Shown: positions 1 to 8,954 of the stretch, in pieces | Position numbering within the stretch: position 1 is the stretch's first letter | How the letters are laid out: each line of letters begins with the position of its first letter | From: Nitrospira sp. | Lineage (GTDB): Bacteria; Nitrospirota; Nitrospiria; Nitrospirales; Nitrospiraceae | Assembly (NCBI GenBank): GCA_036984305.1 | Contig: BQWY01000002.1 | Location: 24,151-88,150, forward strand | Reading direction: 5' to 3' | DNA length: 64,000 bases | The notes under the pieces: model-generated | Databases searched by the model: none | What the model saw: the letters and a program-made list of their open reading frames with translations, nothing else | Told to the model about the DNA's origin: nothing | Position numbers and translations under genes: made by a program

Positions 1-822
1 AAGCCTACGGCTGCGCTCGGAGAGCCGGTCTATGCCACCGTGCACCTCAAGAACGGAGGGGCCTCCTCGATCGACGTACCGAGGATTCTCGATCCACAAT
101 TAGGGCACGTGCGGATCATCATATCGAGCGCTGACCGACCGCGCTTCGTCTATCTCCCATTGTTCGTGACCGATGCCGTACGGGCCACCGCCACGCTCGG
201 GCCCGGCGAGGAAACGTCCGCCACTTTTCCCATTTTTTACGGCGGCCTGGGATGGACATTTCGGAAGCCTGACACCTATCGTATCAGTGCAACGATCGGC
301 ACTTCGAAACCGACCGCGGCACGTGCCCTCTCTCAACCTGTCAATCTCAGGATCACGGAAGACGACGGTGCAAGCGCGATCCTCTTCCGCGAATCGAGGG
401 CCGGCGAGCAAGCGGCGAAATTCCTCCTTTGGCAGCGCGGCGACCACCTCCGCGACGGGCTGGCTCTGCTGGCAGACATACTGAAAATTCATCCCGATTC
501 ACACATGGCCGACTTTGTTCGCGCAGCACTCGGTCACAATTTCTCTCGTGACTTCCGCGATTACGTCGTCGGTCGCATGAGGCCGGCCGATTGTGAGACG
601 GCCCTCGAGCACCTACGCCACGTACGCGATGGGCGACTTCCGTCGTACCTGCAGGTGCAGAAGCATCTCGACGAAGCTCGCTGCCTCTCTCGCCAGTCTC
701 GGACGGAAGAGGCCGGTGCAGCCGTAAAGGCCGCGAATGACACGGCGGGCGGACGGCCCGAGTATCGGATATTGTTTCAGCAAGCAATCCGTTTGCAGCC
801 TTCCCTGTCCTCTCTCCCGTAG
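1..822 (+). CDS. hypothetical protein, 5'-partial (frame is open from base 1)
   Basis: ORF 40..822 starts at a GTG, but the same frame is open back to base 1 ([14 protein letters not shown]...). I recognise no motif. Confidence 0.5.
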   Translation, partial: KPTAALGEPVYATVHLKNGGASSIDVPRILDPQLGHVRIIISSADRPRFVYLPLFVTDAVRATATLGPGEETSATFPIFYGGLGWTFRKPDTYRISATIGTSKPTAARALSQPVNLRITEDDGASAILFRESRAGEQAAKFLLWQRGDHLRDGLALLADILKIHPDSHMADFVRAALGHNFSRDFRDYVVGRMRPADCETALEHLRHVRDGRLPSYLQVQKHLDEARCLSRQSRTEEAGAAVKAANDTAGGRPEYRILFQQAIRLQPSLSSLP

Positions 823-992
823 TCACTTTCACGGCACGTCCGTTCCTCCCCCGGCCTCGGGATCACGACCACGACAGGAATTCGTCGCCCGATCTCGGTC
901 GTTCGTGGTGGACAAACCCGCATGGCTCCCGACATACTGCCTCGTGTCATGATCGCCTCACCAAACAAGACGGTAATGGAGATCGGCTCCCG

Positions 993-1448
993 ATGATCGA
1001 AATCTTTACGGATGGAGCCTGTAGCGGTAATCCAGGCCCCGGTGGATGGGGCGTGCTGATGCGGATCAGTCAGGCGGAAACGGAATTGTGCGGGGGCGAA
1101 CCAGAGACGACGAACAATCGTATGGAGTTGCTCGCCGTCATCGAGGCCCTGCAGTCGCTGAAAGAGCCGATGACCGCCCTTGTGTACACCGACTCACAGT
1201 ATGTGCAGAAGGGCATCAGCGAGTGGATTCATTCGTGGAAGCGGCGCGGCTGGCGAACGGCCGGCAACCAGCCGGTGAAGAACGAGGACTTGTGGCGTCG
1301 CCTGGATGCGTTGGCTGCCTCCCACACCATTGAGTGGCGGTGGGTCAGGGGCCATGCGGGTCACCCGGAGAACGAGCGTGCCGACGCATTGGCCCGGGAA
1401 GGGTTGGAACGGGCCAGGAAGATGGGTCGTATTCTGGCTAAGGATTAG
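993..1448 (+). CDS. rnhA: ribonuclease HI
   Basis: 151 aa. Classic RNase HI signature: [42 protein letters not shown]. Confidence 0.93.
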   Translation: MIEIFTDGACSGNPGPGGWGVLMRISQAETELCGGEPETTNNRMELLAVIEALQSLKEPMTALVYTDSQYVQKGISEWIHSWKRRGWRTAGNQPVKNEDLWRRLDALAASHTIEWRWVRGHAGHPENERADALAREGLERARKMGRILAKD

Positions 1449-1530
1449 GGGGGAGTGGAAAGGCCACATCCGCCCATCCTAAGCTGTACACCGGAGCGCC
1501 GACCGTCCGGCACTCCCTGGCCGTTTCCCC

Positions 1531-2298
1531 CTACTCGTTGGAATCTGTAAACGCGCGCAGCACATCCGACACCGATAAGACGCCGATGATGGTACCGTCC
1601 GCGGTAACGGGCACGTGACGGATGCCCTGCTTCTTCATCAAGCTCATCGCCTCGGAGAGCGGCTCGTCTTCCTCGATGGTCATCAACGACTTGCTCATGC
1701 ATGAGCGGACGGTCGCGGAATTTGGATCGAGTCCCTTGGCGACCGCCCGACGGCTCAGATCGGAATCCGTGATGATGCCGACGTAGCGAGATCCGTCATC
1801 GACGATCAGCGATCCGACCTTGTACTTTTGCAGCATCTTGCCCGCTTCCTTGATCGTCGCCCCATAATGGATGCTATGCACGTCGTGCGACATGTAGTCT
1901 TCCACGGTGGCGCGGAGTGGCCCGTTGCCGTCCCGATTCTGCCGGCTCATTTGAATTCTTCGCCGCAACTCCAGATCGGCGAGACAGCTTTCAAGTACCT
2001 GCCGCCGCTGTTGCAAGCTTTCCCGCTCGACATCGTGCGTGCCGTTCTCCTGCGCCTCCTCAGGAAGGAGACCGGACTCACCGGTCTTGGCATACACATA
2101 GGCCTCCGCTTCGTCCGAGGCCGCTCCAAAGACCTGCGCAATGAGTTCCTCGGCGGATTCGTCGAAATCGTCCAGCGACCCCGTGGCCCGCTTACGCGAG
2201 AGGAAGGGCTGGAGCTTGGTCAGTTGTGTTTTGATCCGCTCGATATAGCGATCGAGAATATCAATTCGTGTCAATCCTGTGCGTACGCGCTTTGGCAT
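1531..2298 (-). CDS. CBS-pair domain protein with a coiled-coil N-terminus
   Basis: The C-terminal half has two CBS-like repeats (VGSLIVDD...GIITDSDL, IRHVPVT..GVLSVSDV). ATG at 2298 is preceded by GAGGAG. The longer 268-aa ORF start is less likely. Last gene of the minus-strand nitrogen unit. Confidence 0.75.
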   Translation of the reverse strand: MPKRVRTGLTRIDILDRYIERIKTQLTKLQPFLSRKRATGSLDDFDESAEELIAQVFGAASDEAEAYVYAKTGESGLLPEEAQENGTHDVERESLQQRRQVLESCLADLELRRRIQMSRQNRDGNGPLRATVEDYMSHDVHSIHYGATIKEAGKMLQKYKVGSLIVDDGSRYVGIITDSDLSRRAVAKGLDPNSATVRSCMSKSLMTIEEDEPLSEAMSLMKKQGIRHVPVTADGTIIGVLSVSDVLRAFTDSNE

Positions 2299-2402
2299 CG
2301 TGGCTCTCCTCTGGTTCCGTGCGAGAGAATACCGCACGCCCCTTCCGGGCTCAAGAGCCTTGTCACGGTCGCCGGAATAACCGGATCACCACAGCAGCCA
2401 CA

Positions 2403-3815
2403 TCATCCTCCACCGCGCTTTCCCTGCATTTCCTTGTCGTAAAACTCCAACATTTGTGCGATCTCATCCTTGGTCATTCCCTTTTCGATCCACTGGTGCG
2501 TCTCCTGTTGGAGCAATTCCGTGGCGACGACCGGAGAAAGGTCCCTGACTTTCGGCAAAAACTTCGTGTAAAAGTGCTTCGCGACCTCATAGAAGCCCTG
2601 CCAATGGACATAGTCGGGCGCCATCTTGGACAGTCCGTGGCGGGCACGACGGCCCTCATGGTGCCACAATTCGTAGAACACCCATTCGATTTCTTCGTCG
2701 AATGGCGTGGGCGTGATCTTGCCGAGCTCTTTCAGACGATCCATGGCCACCTTTGCCGGCTTGCCGAACTTCTCGTTATAGAGATTGATGCCGCTGTCCA
2801 TTTGAGTGAAAAACCTCGCCACAATTTCCGCGCTGTGACAGGACGAGCAGACCTGCGTCATCGCTTTCCTTCGCGATTCATAATCCTCGAGACGCGTTGA
2901 CACCACTGGCCGAAGCGTCCAGCTAATGCGATCGCCCACGTCGTGCGTGACCTCCTGAGTCCCGGTCGCACTCATATGACACGTGGCGCAGGTCGGGAAG
3001 AGATAATCTTTTCCAGGCCGCCATTGCTCCTTGGGGTGACTGAGCTTCATCTTGTCCTTATTCGCGGTGAAGAGGACTCCGTGCTTGCTCTCATAGTACG
3101 CCTCGATCTGTGGGTGATCCGGCCCCATGTGGCATCTCCCGCAGCTCTCCGGTTGCCTGGCTTGCGCGACGGAGAAACTGTGCCGGGCATGACAGGCCGA
3201 ACAGGTGCCCTTCGACCCGTCCGGATTCACCCGACCGATGCCTGAATTGGGCCAGGTCGATGGGTGAAGCTTCCCTTTGTCCATGACCTTGACGACGCTG
3301 CCGTGGCAGCCCGCGCATCCGGAGGTCCCGACCTCGGGCCCCTCCACGACATTGCCCAGAAAGTTATCGAGCGAGCCGATGAACTGCGCCGCCTTGGCAT
3401 GGTGAGACTTTCCAAATTGCCGCGCTTCCTTGTCGTGGCACCGCATGCAATCTTTCGGCGTGACCAGCGTCGAAATGAGCGCTCCCTCGTGGTCATACGC
3501 ATCCGGATCGCCCTTTTCGGCCCGGTGACATTCCACGCAGCCGATGCCTTTGGGCGCATGCGCGCTGGTTTTCCAATCATTGATGCCGCCGACCCCCACG
3601 TCCTTTGTAGTATGGCAATCGATGCAACGTTTGTTGTCCGCGGAAATGAAGGGCCGTAGTCCGCCCCCGCGACGCTCCTCGACCTTGATATACCCGATCC
3701 CCGTCAAGGCGAAAAACAAGATCAGGCATAGGCCGCCGATCATGTACCGAGTCCAGTTGAGCGATCCGTTTTCGTGTGAGTCCGTTGCGGAGTGCTCGTG
3801 CGATGGTTCGTTCAT
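2403..3815 (-). CDS. membrane-anchored octaheme cytochrome c (HAO-family-like), candidate nitrite/hydroxylamine-converting enzyme
   Basis: 470 aa with eight CxxCH motifs (CIDCH, CVECH, CMRCH, CAGCH, CSACH, CGRCH, CATCH, CSSCH). N-terminal TM helix YMIGGLCLILFFALTGIGYI. AAGGAG lies before the ATG. Confidence 0.85.
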   Translation of the reverse strand: MNEPSHEHSATDSHENGSLNWTRYMIGGLCLILFFALTGIGYIKVEERRGGGLRPFISADNKRCIDCHTTKDVGVGGINDWKTSAHAPKGIGCVECHRAEKGDPDAYDHEGALISTLVTPKDCMRCHDKEARQFGKSHHAKAAQFIGSLDNFLGNVVEGPEVGTSGCAGCHGSVVKVMDKGKLHPSTWPNSGIGRVNPDGSKGTCSACHARHSFSVAQARQPESCGRCHMGPDHPQIEAYYESKHGVLFTANKDKMKLSHPKEQWRPGKDYLFPTCATCHMSATGTQEVTHDVGDRISWTLRPVVSTRLEDYESRRKAMTQVCSSCHSAEIVARFFTQMDSGINLYNEKFGKPAKVAMDRLKELGKITPTPFDEEIEWVFYELWHHEGRRARHGLSKMAPDYVHWQGFYEVAKHFYTKFLPKVRDLSPVVATELLQQETHQWIEKGMTKDEIAQMLEFYDKEMQGKRGGG

Positions 3816-3870
3816 TTGGGCTCCTTGTAATTCAGCGAGAGTCCCGCACCAGAAGCGGGCTTCCGTGTTC

Positions 3871-4962
3871 CTACATTTGGGTGTCGAGGTACATGAGGAT
3901 CACCAGCGCCCCGATGGCGATCGTCCCGACCGTGGCGTTGATAACACCCATTGGCCATCCGCGCCGGGCCAGTTCCCGATCAATAAACGGGTACACCACG
4001 AAGAGGAGCGCTCCTCCAAGCAACCCCCACAACGCCACCGGCCCCGGTAGCAGCGAAATGACCATGAAGGGAGCCGAGAAATACCACGGAGGAGAGACAT
4101 CGGCCGCCACTTCTTGCAGATCGGCTGGCGGTCCGAGGGTCGGCGGAAAGATCATGACCAGATCCACGATCAACAGCAGCATGCCAACAGCCACGGCACC
4201 CATCAGCAGCGTATGGACGGGATAAAAGGGATGAGATTGTCGGCTCCCCGCCACATCCGCGAACCCGATCAATCGCACGACGAGGACATGCCCGCCAACA
4301 AGCACCACAAGCAGGACCGGCAACAACTTGGTATGTAAATCGTACAAGCGCAAGAGTGTGTTGTCCGAGACCTCTTCCCCCCCGCGCAGAAGGTACAACA
4401 GCGGCGTGCCGACGATGGGCAATGCGCCCAACATGTTCGTCACCACCGTCATGCCCCAGTAGGACACGTTGTCAAAAATCAAGGAATAGCCGGTAAACCC
4501 CATGGCGAAGGTGACGAACAACACAATGGCGCCGGTCACCCATTTCCATTCTCCCGGTGTCCGGTAGGCACGTGTCAGAAATACGCGGATCACGTGAAAC
4601 AGCAGAAACAAGATCATGAGATCCACTGAAAATTTGTGCACGCCCCGCACAAACCATCCCAGATACACCTCTTCCGTGATGAACTCGACGCTCTCATAGG
4701 CCTTGCCGGGCGATGGCACATAATAAAACGTCAGCAACAGTCCCGTTACGATCAGGAAACCCAATAGCGTCAGCGGAATGGCCCCCAGCGTGTACGGCCA
4801 CCAATCAAGGTGCTCGGGCAAATCCTTCTGGATATAAGCGATCCAGCGTTGCGAGTTCCGGTCTTGGTCGACTTTGACGAGATCGGTGTCGGAATGCGCG
4901 CTTGGCATCATGTCTCCAAAAGGGACGTCCTCGATCGCACCAGCGTTCTGACTACGTGGCAA
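3871..4962 (-). CDS. cytochrome b (b6 plus subunit-IV-like, fused)
   Basis: 363 aa, polytopic. Four candidate heme-ligand His (GVHKF, LFHVIR, LHTKL, GGHVL). Qo-type motif reads PPWYF. Start is uncertain: TTG at 4962 or ATG at 4911/4908. Confidence 0.85.
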   Translation of the reverse strand: MPRSQNAGAIEDVPFGDMMPSAHSDTDLVKVDQDRNSQRWIAYIQKDLPEHLDWWPYTLGAIPLTLLGFLIVTGLLLTFYYVPSPGKAYESVEFITEEVYLGWFVRGVHKFSVDLMILFLLFHVIRVFLTRAYRTPGEWKWVTGAIVLFVTFAMGFTGYSLIFDNVSYWGMTVVTNMLGALPIVGTPLLYLLRGGEEVSDNTLLRLYDLHTKLLPVLLVVLVGGHVLVVRLIGFADVAGSRQSHPFYPVHTLLMGAVAVGMLLLIVDLVMIFPPTLGPPADLQEVAADVSPPWYFSAPFMVISLLPGPVALWGLLGGALLFVVYPFIDRELARRGWPMGVINATVGTIAIGALVILMYLDTQM

Positions 4963-5419
4963 GATTCACGTACACCTGTCCGGCCCGATTCACCACCTCG
5001 TAACGGTCCAGGGGGCGCGGCGGAGGCCCGGCAATGTTCCGGCCTTGCTTGTCGTAGATTCCCTGGTGACAGGGGCAGATAAACTGCTCTCTCCGCTTGT
5101 CCCAGGACACGAGACAGCCGAGGTCCGTGCAGCGCCTGGAAAACGCCGCGACGCCCTCGTTGGTTCTCAGGACCAACAGCTTATGGTTCCCTAATTCCAT
5201 CGTGATGGCATCGTTGAGCGGAAGGCTCTGTTCCACTCCGAGTAGGACCGGGACATTGCGTTTGGTCGTGCCCGTCGGCACGAGGAACTGCACGAACCGA
5301 AGCCCGAGCAAGCCCATCCCGAACAACAGGCCAAAGCCCATGACGGCCTGGCTTAAAAACCGTCTCCGCCCCGGATCATCATGAATAATGGCCATGCGCC
5401 ACGAATCCTTTCTCGCCAT
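4952..5419 (-). CDS. Rieske-type [2Fe-2S] protein with a Tat signal and a non-canonical box 1
   Basis: Twin-arginine motif GRRRFLSQAV. Cluster boxes are CTDLGC and CPCHQG. Start is ATG 5419 or 5395; the 175-aa ORF start at 5479 would overlap amt by 100 nt. Confidence 0.8.
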   Translation of the reverse strand: MARKDSWRMAIIHDDPGRRRFLSQAVMGFGLLFGMGLLGLRFVQFLVPTGTTKRNVPVLLGVEQSLPLNDAITMELGNHKLLVLRTNEGVAAFSRRCTDLGCLVSWDKRREQFICPCHQGIYDKQGRNIAGPPPRPLDRYEVVNRAGQVYVNLAT

Positions 5420-6539
5420 GTTGCGCCAGATCCAATCCGAAAATTTCGGCCTGTTCGTCCACGCGCGGGGACAGTACAAGCCTCAGCCCCTTCAATGATA
5501 AGAAGCTCATGCCGCCCGCGAACGCAGCCACCACGACCGTCGAGACCAGTTGCGCAAAGAACTGATAGGGATATCCAAAGAACAACCCATCGCTCCCATC
5601 CGGATTGGCCTCGGTCGAGGCGAACAGACCGGTCGCCACCATCCCCCACGCTCCGCCCACCCCATGCATGCCGAATACGTCCAAGGAGTCATCATATCCA
5701 AGGATCAGCTTGACGTAATTGACCGCCATATAGCAGAGTCCCCCCGCTCCGGTTCCGATCACCACCGCAGACACCGGACTGACATAGCCCGCAGCAGGCG
5801 AGATGGCCACCAATCCGGCGACCAGCCCGCTGCCCATGCCCAGCGCCGTCGGCTTCTCCCGTTGCAACCATTCTGCCACCATCCAGGTCAGCGCAGCCGA
5901 CGCCGCCGACAGTTGGATGGCGACAAACGCGGTCGTAACGATGGTCATGGACACCGGACCGGGTCCAACCGTCATTCCAAACCAACCCGCCCACATCAAC
6001 CCGACTCCCAGAAAGGAGAAGGGCAAATGGCTGGGCAACATTTCATTGCGACCATACCCCCGTCGTGTTCCCAGCACGATGGCTGCCACCAACGCTGTCA
6101 CCCCGGCACTGAGATGGACGACTGCCCCTCCCGCATAATCCAGGCTGCCCAACTTCGTCAGCCATCCTCCCGCCCACAGCCACGATGCCACCGGGCCGTA
6201 GACCAGCAGAATCCAGAGCGCTCCAAACGCCAGGAAGAACGAAAATCGAACCCGCTCGACGATCCCGCCTGCAATCAAGCCGAGCGAGAGGGAGGCCATG
6301 AGGGCATGATGGACCGCGCGTAGCGACCCGGTTTCATCGCCTCCGTAGAGGATCCTGTCACCGACACACAGCCACACGAGGGAGGCGACTGCAAGTGCGC
6401 TAAAGGGCATGCCGATGGTATTCAGCACGTTTTTTCTCCGCACCATCCCTCCGTAAAAGAGCGCCACACCCACAAGGACCAGCATCAGTAGGCTGGTTGC
6501 GATGAGGAACCAGAGCGTTTCGCCACCTGGGTTCGTCAT
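5379..6539 (-). CDS. amt: ammonium transporter (Amt family, short form, no signal peptide)
   Basis: 386 aa with Amt signatures: LFYGGMVRRKNVLNT, DYAGGAVVHLSAG, DDSLDVFGMHGVGG. Confidence 0.92.
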   Translation of the reverse strand: MTNPGGETLWFLIATSLLMLVLVGVALFYGGMVRRKNVLNTIGMPFSALAVASLVWLCVGDRILYGGDETGSLRAVHHALMASLSLGLIAGGIVERVRFSFFLAFGALWILLVYGPVASWLWAGGWLTKLGSLDYAGGAVVHLSAGVTALVAAIVLGTRRGYGRNEMLPSHLPFSFLGVGLMWAGWFGMTVGPGPVSMTIVTTAFVAIQLSAASAALTWMVAEWLQREKPTALGMGSGLVAGLVAISPAAGYVSPVSAVVIGTGAGGLCYMAVNYVKLILGYDDSLDVFGMHGVGGAWGMVATGLFASTEANPDGSDGLFFGYPYQFFAQLVSTVVVAAFAGGMSFLSLKGLRLVLSPRVDEQAEIFGLDLAQHGEKGFVAHGHYS

Positions 6540-6742
6540 TCTCGTCCGCCGCTCAGCGAGACCAGATAGTCAGGTCCTGCTGCCCGTCGCAGCCACACTT
6601 CACCTGATCGGCTCAACCGGTCGATCCCGGCGAAGACTTGCGCCCAGCAAAGGCCGGAACGAAGCCATAGCCGATCCAATGTTTGCGCACCCTCTCGTTG
6701 AAGGATCTCCTTGACGATGGTTTCTGTCGATGCACCTGCCAT
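6536..6742 (-). CDS. small hypothetical protein (68 aa), possibly winged-helix-like
   Basis: ATG at 6742 is preceded by AGGAGGTGA. Its stop overlaps the amt start (ATGA). The upstream part of the 106-aa ORF overlaps a terminator-like hairpin and is probably not coding. Confidence 0.55.
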   Translation of the reverse strand: MAGASTETIVKEILQREGAQTLDRLWLRSGLCWAQVFAGIDRLSRSGEVWLRRAAGPDYLVSLSGGRE

Positions 6743-6779
6743 AGTCACCTCCTGTCCCTTGAGACCAATAAAAAAGCGC

Positions 6780-6841
6780 CGCGCGGTGAGTGGGAGTCCC
6801 GTCATAGGATTCTCCCAGTCCCCGCCGGCGCCTTTGCCGGC
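6780..6841 (-). terminator. terminator/attenuator-like structure between amt (7040..8359) and the small ORF
   Basis: Minus strand: a long GC-rich imperfect hairpin (GCGCCGGCGG...CCGCGCGGCGC, inner stem CUGGGAG/CUCCCA) followed directly by UUUUUU. It ends about 20 nt before the small ORF's SD. Confidence 0.45.
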
Positions 6842-7039
6842 TTCCTTCGACCGCATTGTCGACTATCTCGACCTGAGCCGCCCTGTGGCCGTGACGCTAC
6901 CGCTGTGGGTCTCCACGGGCCCGTGGGCGACATTCGCACAATTCAGTTGGCTGCACGCACAAGGACCGATGTGACGTGCACATGGGAACGCACATAGCAC
7001 GACGACCGCCCCGGATAGCCCCCCTCAACCGCATTCGCA

Positions 7040-8359
7040 TCATGAATAGGCGCGCTCGTTGTGCTGGGCGAGGTCGAGCCCGATCCGCTCTTCCTCCAAC
7101 GTCACACGCAATCCCACCGCCCAATCGACCAATTTCAGGATCGCCAGCGTCCCGACAGCGGAATAGAGTCCTACGGCAATCGTCGCCACGACCTGTGCAC
7201 CGAAGAAGTGGGCGTTGCCGTACAACAACCCGTCGGCACCGGCCGCATTCACGGCTTTGGACGCCAGCAGACCGGTCGCCAACATTCCGACGACTCCAGC
7301 CATCCCATGAATTCCAACCACGTCCAGCGAGTCGTCATAGCCGAGTTTACTCTTCATCATGATCGCGCCGTAGGATAGCGCTCCAGCCATCACCCCCATG
7401 ACCACCGCGGAGTACTGACCGACATACCCGGCGCCCGGTGTCACCATCGCCAGACCGGCCACCGCACCGCTGGCAACCCCCAGCACGGTTGGCGTACCAC
7501 GATGCGCCCATTCCACGGCCATCCACGTCAAGGCGCCCGAGGTCGCTCCGATATGCGTCGTGAGAAAGGCCGCCACTGCCGTCCCATTCGCAGCCAAGGC
7601 ACTTCCCGCGTTGAAGCCGAACCACCCGAACCACAACAAGCCCGTGGCGAGCAGGACCATGGGGAGATTGTGTGGCGCCAGATAGTCCGTGCCGTAGCCA
7701 TGGCGGGGACCGAGGACGAGCGCACACACCAGGGCGCCGACTCCGCTACTCAGATGCACGACAGCCCCTCCTGCAAAATCCAATGCCCCGGCGCTCGCGA
7801 GCCACCCGCCTCCCCACAACCAGTGGGCAATCGGACAATAAATGGCCAACGACCAGAGCCCGGAGAACAGCAACACCGCGCTGAACTTCATGCGCTCTGC
7901 AAATGCCCCGGTAATCAGCGCCGGTGTGATAGCGGCGAACATCATCTGAAAGATCATGAATGCCTGGTGCGGTATGGTTGGAGCATACACAGCATGCGGT
8001 ACCAGCCCGACGCCGCTCAGGCCCACCCAGTCCAGGCTGCCGAGCAATCCCTTGGCATCGGGACCAAAGGCCAGACTGTATCCAAGGCTCATCCACAACA
8101 GGCTCACCAAACAGACGATCACAAAGCTTTGCATGATCGTTCCCAGGACGTTCTTGCTTCGAACCAGTCCTCCATAGAACAATGCGAGCCCGGGCATGGC
8201 CATCGCCAAGACCAACGCTGAGCTGACTAATACCCAGGCGGTATCCGCCACGTTGATGGTCGGTGAAGTGGCGGCGGTCGGTTCTTGGGCCCCCGCAATT
8301 GTAATCGGCGCAACGCAGGCAAGTACCAACCATACGCTCCATCGGCCGCTTCGATTCAT
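7040..8359 (-). CDS. amt: ammonium transporter with signal peptide
   Basis: 439 aa. N-terminal signal (WSVWLVLACVAPITIAGAQE). Amt motifs: LFYGGLVRSKNVLGT, DFAGGAVVHLSSG, DDSLDVVGIHGMAG. GAGGGG before the ATG. Confidence 0.93.
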   Translation of the reverse strand: MNRSGRWSVWLVLACVAPITIAGAQEPTAATSPTINVADTAWVLVSSALVLAMAMPGLALFYGGLVRSKNVLGTIMQSFVIVCLVSLLWMSLGYSLAFGPDAKGLLGSLDWVGLSGVGLVPHAVYAPTIPHQAFMIFQMMFAAITPALITGAFAERMKFSAVLLFSGLWSLAIYCPIAHWLWGGGWLASAGALDFAGGAVVHLSSGVGALVCALVLGPRHGYGTDYLAPHNLPMVLLATGLLWFGWFGFNAGSALAANGTAVAAFLTTHIGATSGALTWMAVEWAHRGTPTVLGVASGAVAGLAMVTPGAGYVGQYSAVVMGVMAGALSYGAIMMKSKLGYDDSLDVVGIHGMAGVVGMLATGLLASKAVNAAGADGLLYGNAHFFGAQVVATIAVGLYSAVGTLAILKLVDWAVGLRVTLEEERIGLDLAQHNERAYS

Positions 8360-8447
8360 AGCGACCCCTCGACGGTATCGGAGCCGACCGGCCTGATAGA
8401 TCTGAATCCAGCAGTACGTGTTCTCATCAAACGCTCACCACTCATTG

Positions 8448-8888
8448 TCAGAAGGTCTTGTACTCCAACCACTTCCCATTCAGCGTGATTTTACAGCGCG
8501 CTTCGCCCTGACTCCCGATGACCTTTTCCATATCGAGCGAAAAATCGATGGCGCTCATGATGCCGTCGCCGAACATTTCGTTGGCCATATCACGGAGCGA
8601 ATCGCCGTAGACTCCGATCACCTCAAGTAAGCGGTACTTGAACGGATCGGTCATGTTCGGAAAATCTCCCCGAATCGGGAACTTGCTGAGCGACGCCGTC
8701 TGCTCGGCATCCAGACCCAGCAACCCACCGACCTGCTTCGCTTCCTCCGCCGTAAACTTATGATTGCCATTGAGGACCGCCGCGACGAACGTGGGGTTCT
8801 TCCCCACCACCTTCGCCACCTCCGCAATCGTGACCTTTTTCGTCAACCGTTTCTCCTTGATCGCCTTGCGCACGTCCTCTTTCGTCAT
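8448..8888 (-). CDS. cynS: cyanase (cyanate hydratase)
   Basis: 146 aa, typical cyanase length and sequence (TIAEVAKVVGKNPTFVAAVLNG..., C-terminal ...KITLNGKWLEYKTF). AAGGAG before the ATG. Confidence 0.9.
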   Translation of the reverse strand: MTKEDVRKAIKEKRLTKKVTIAEVAKVVGKNPTFVAAVLNGNHKFTAEEAKQVGGLLGLDAEQTASLSKFPIRGDFPNMTDPFKYRLLEVIGVYGDSLRDMANEMFGDGIMSAIDFSLDMEKVIGSQGEARCKITLNGKWLEYKTF

Positions 8889-8954
8889 CGCCGTTCTCCT
8901 TCCACCGTAGGGGTTCTGGCTGTCCTGCAGTCTGACCCGTCACACCTTACGCCG

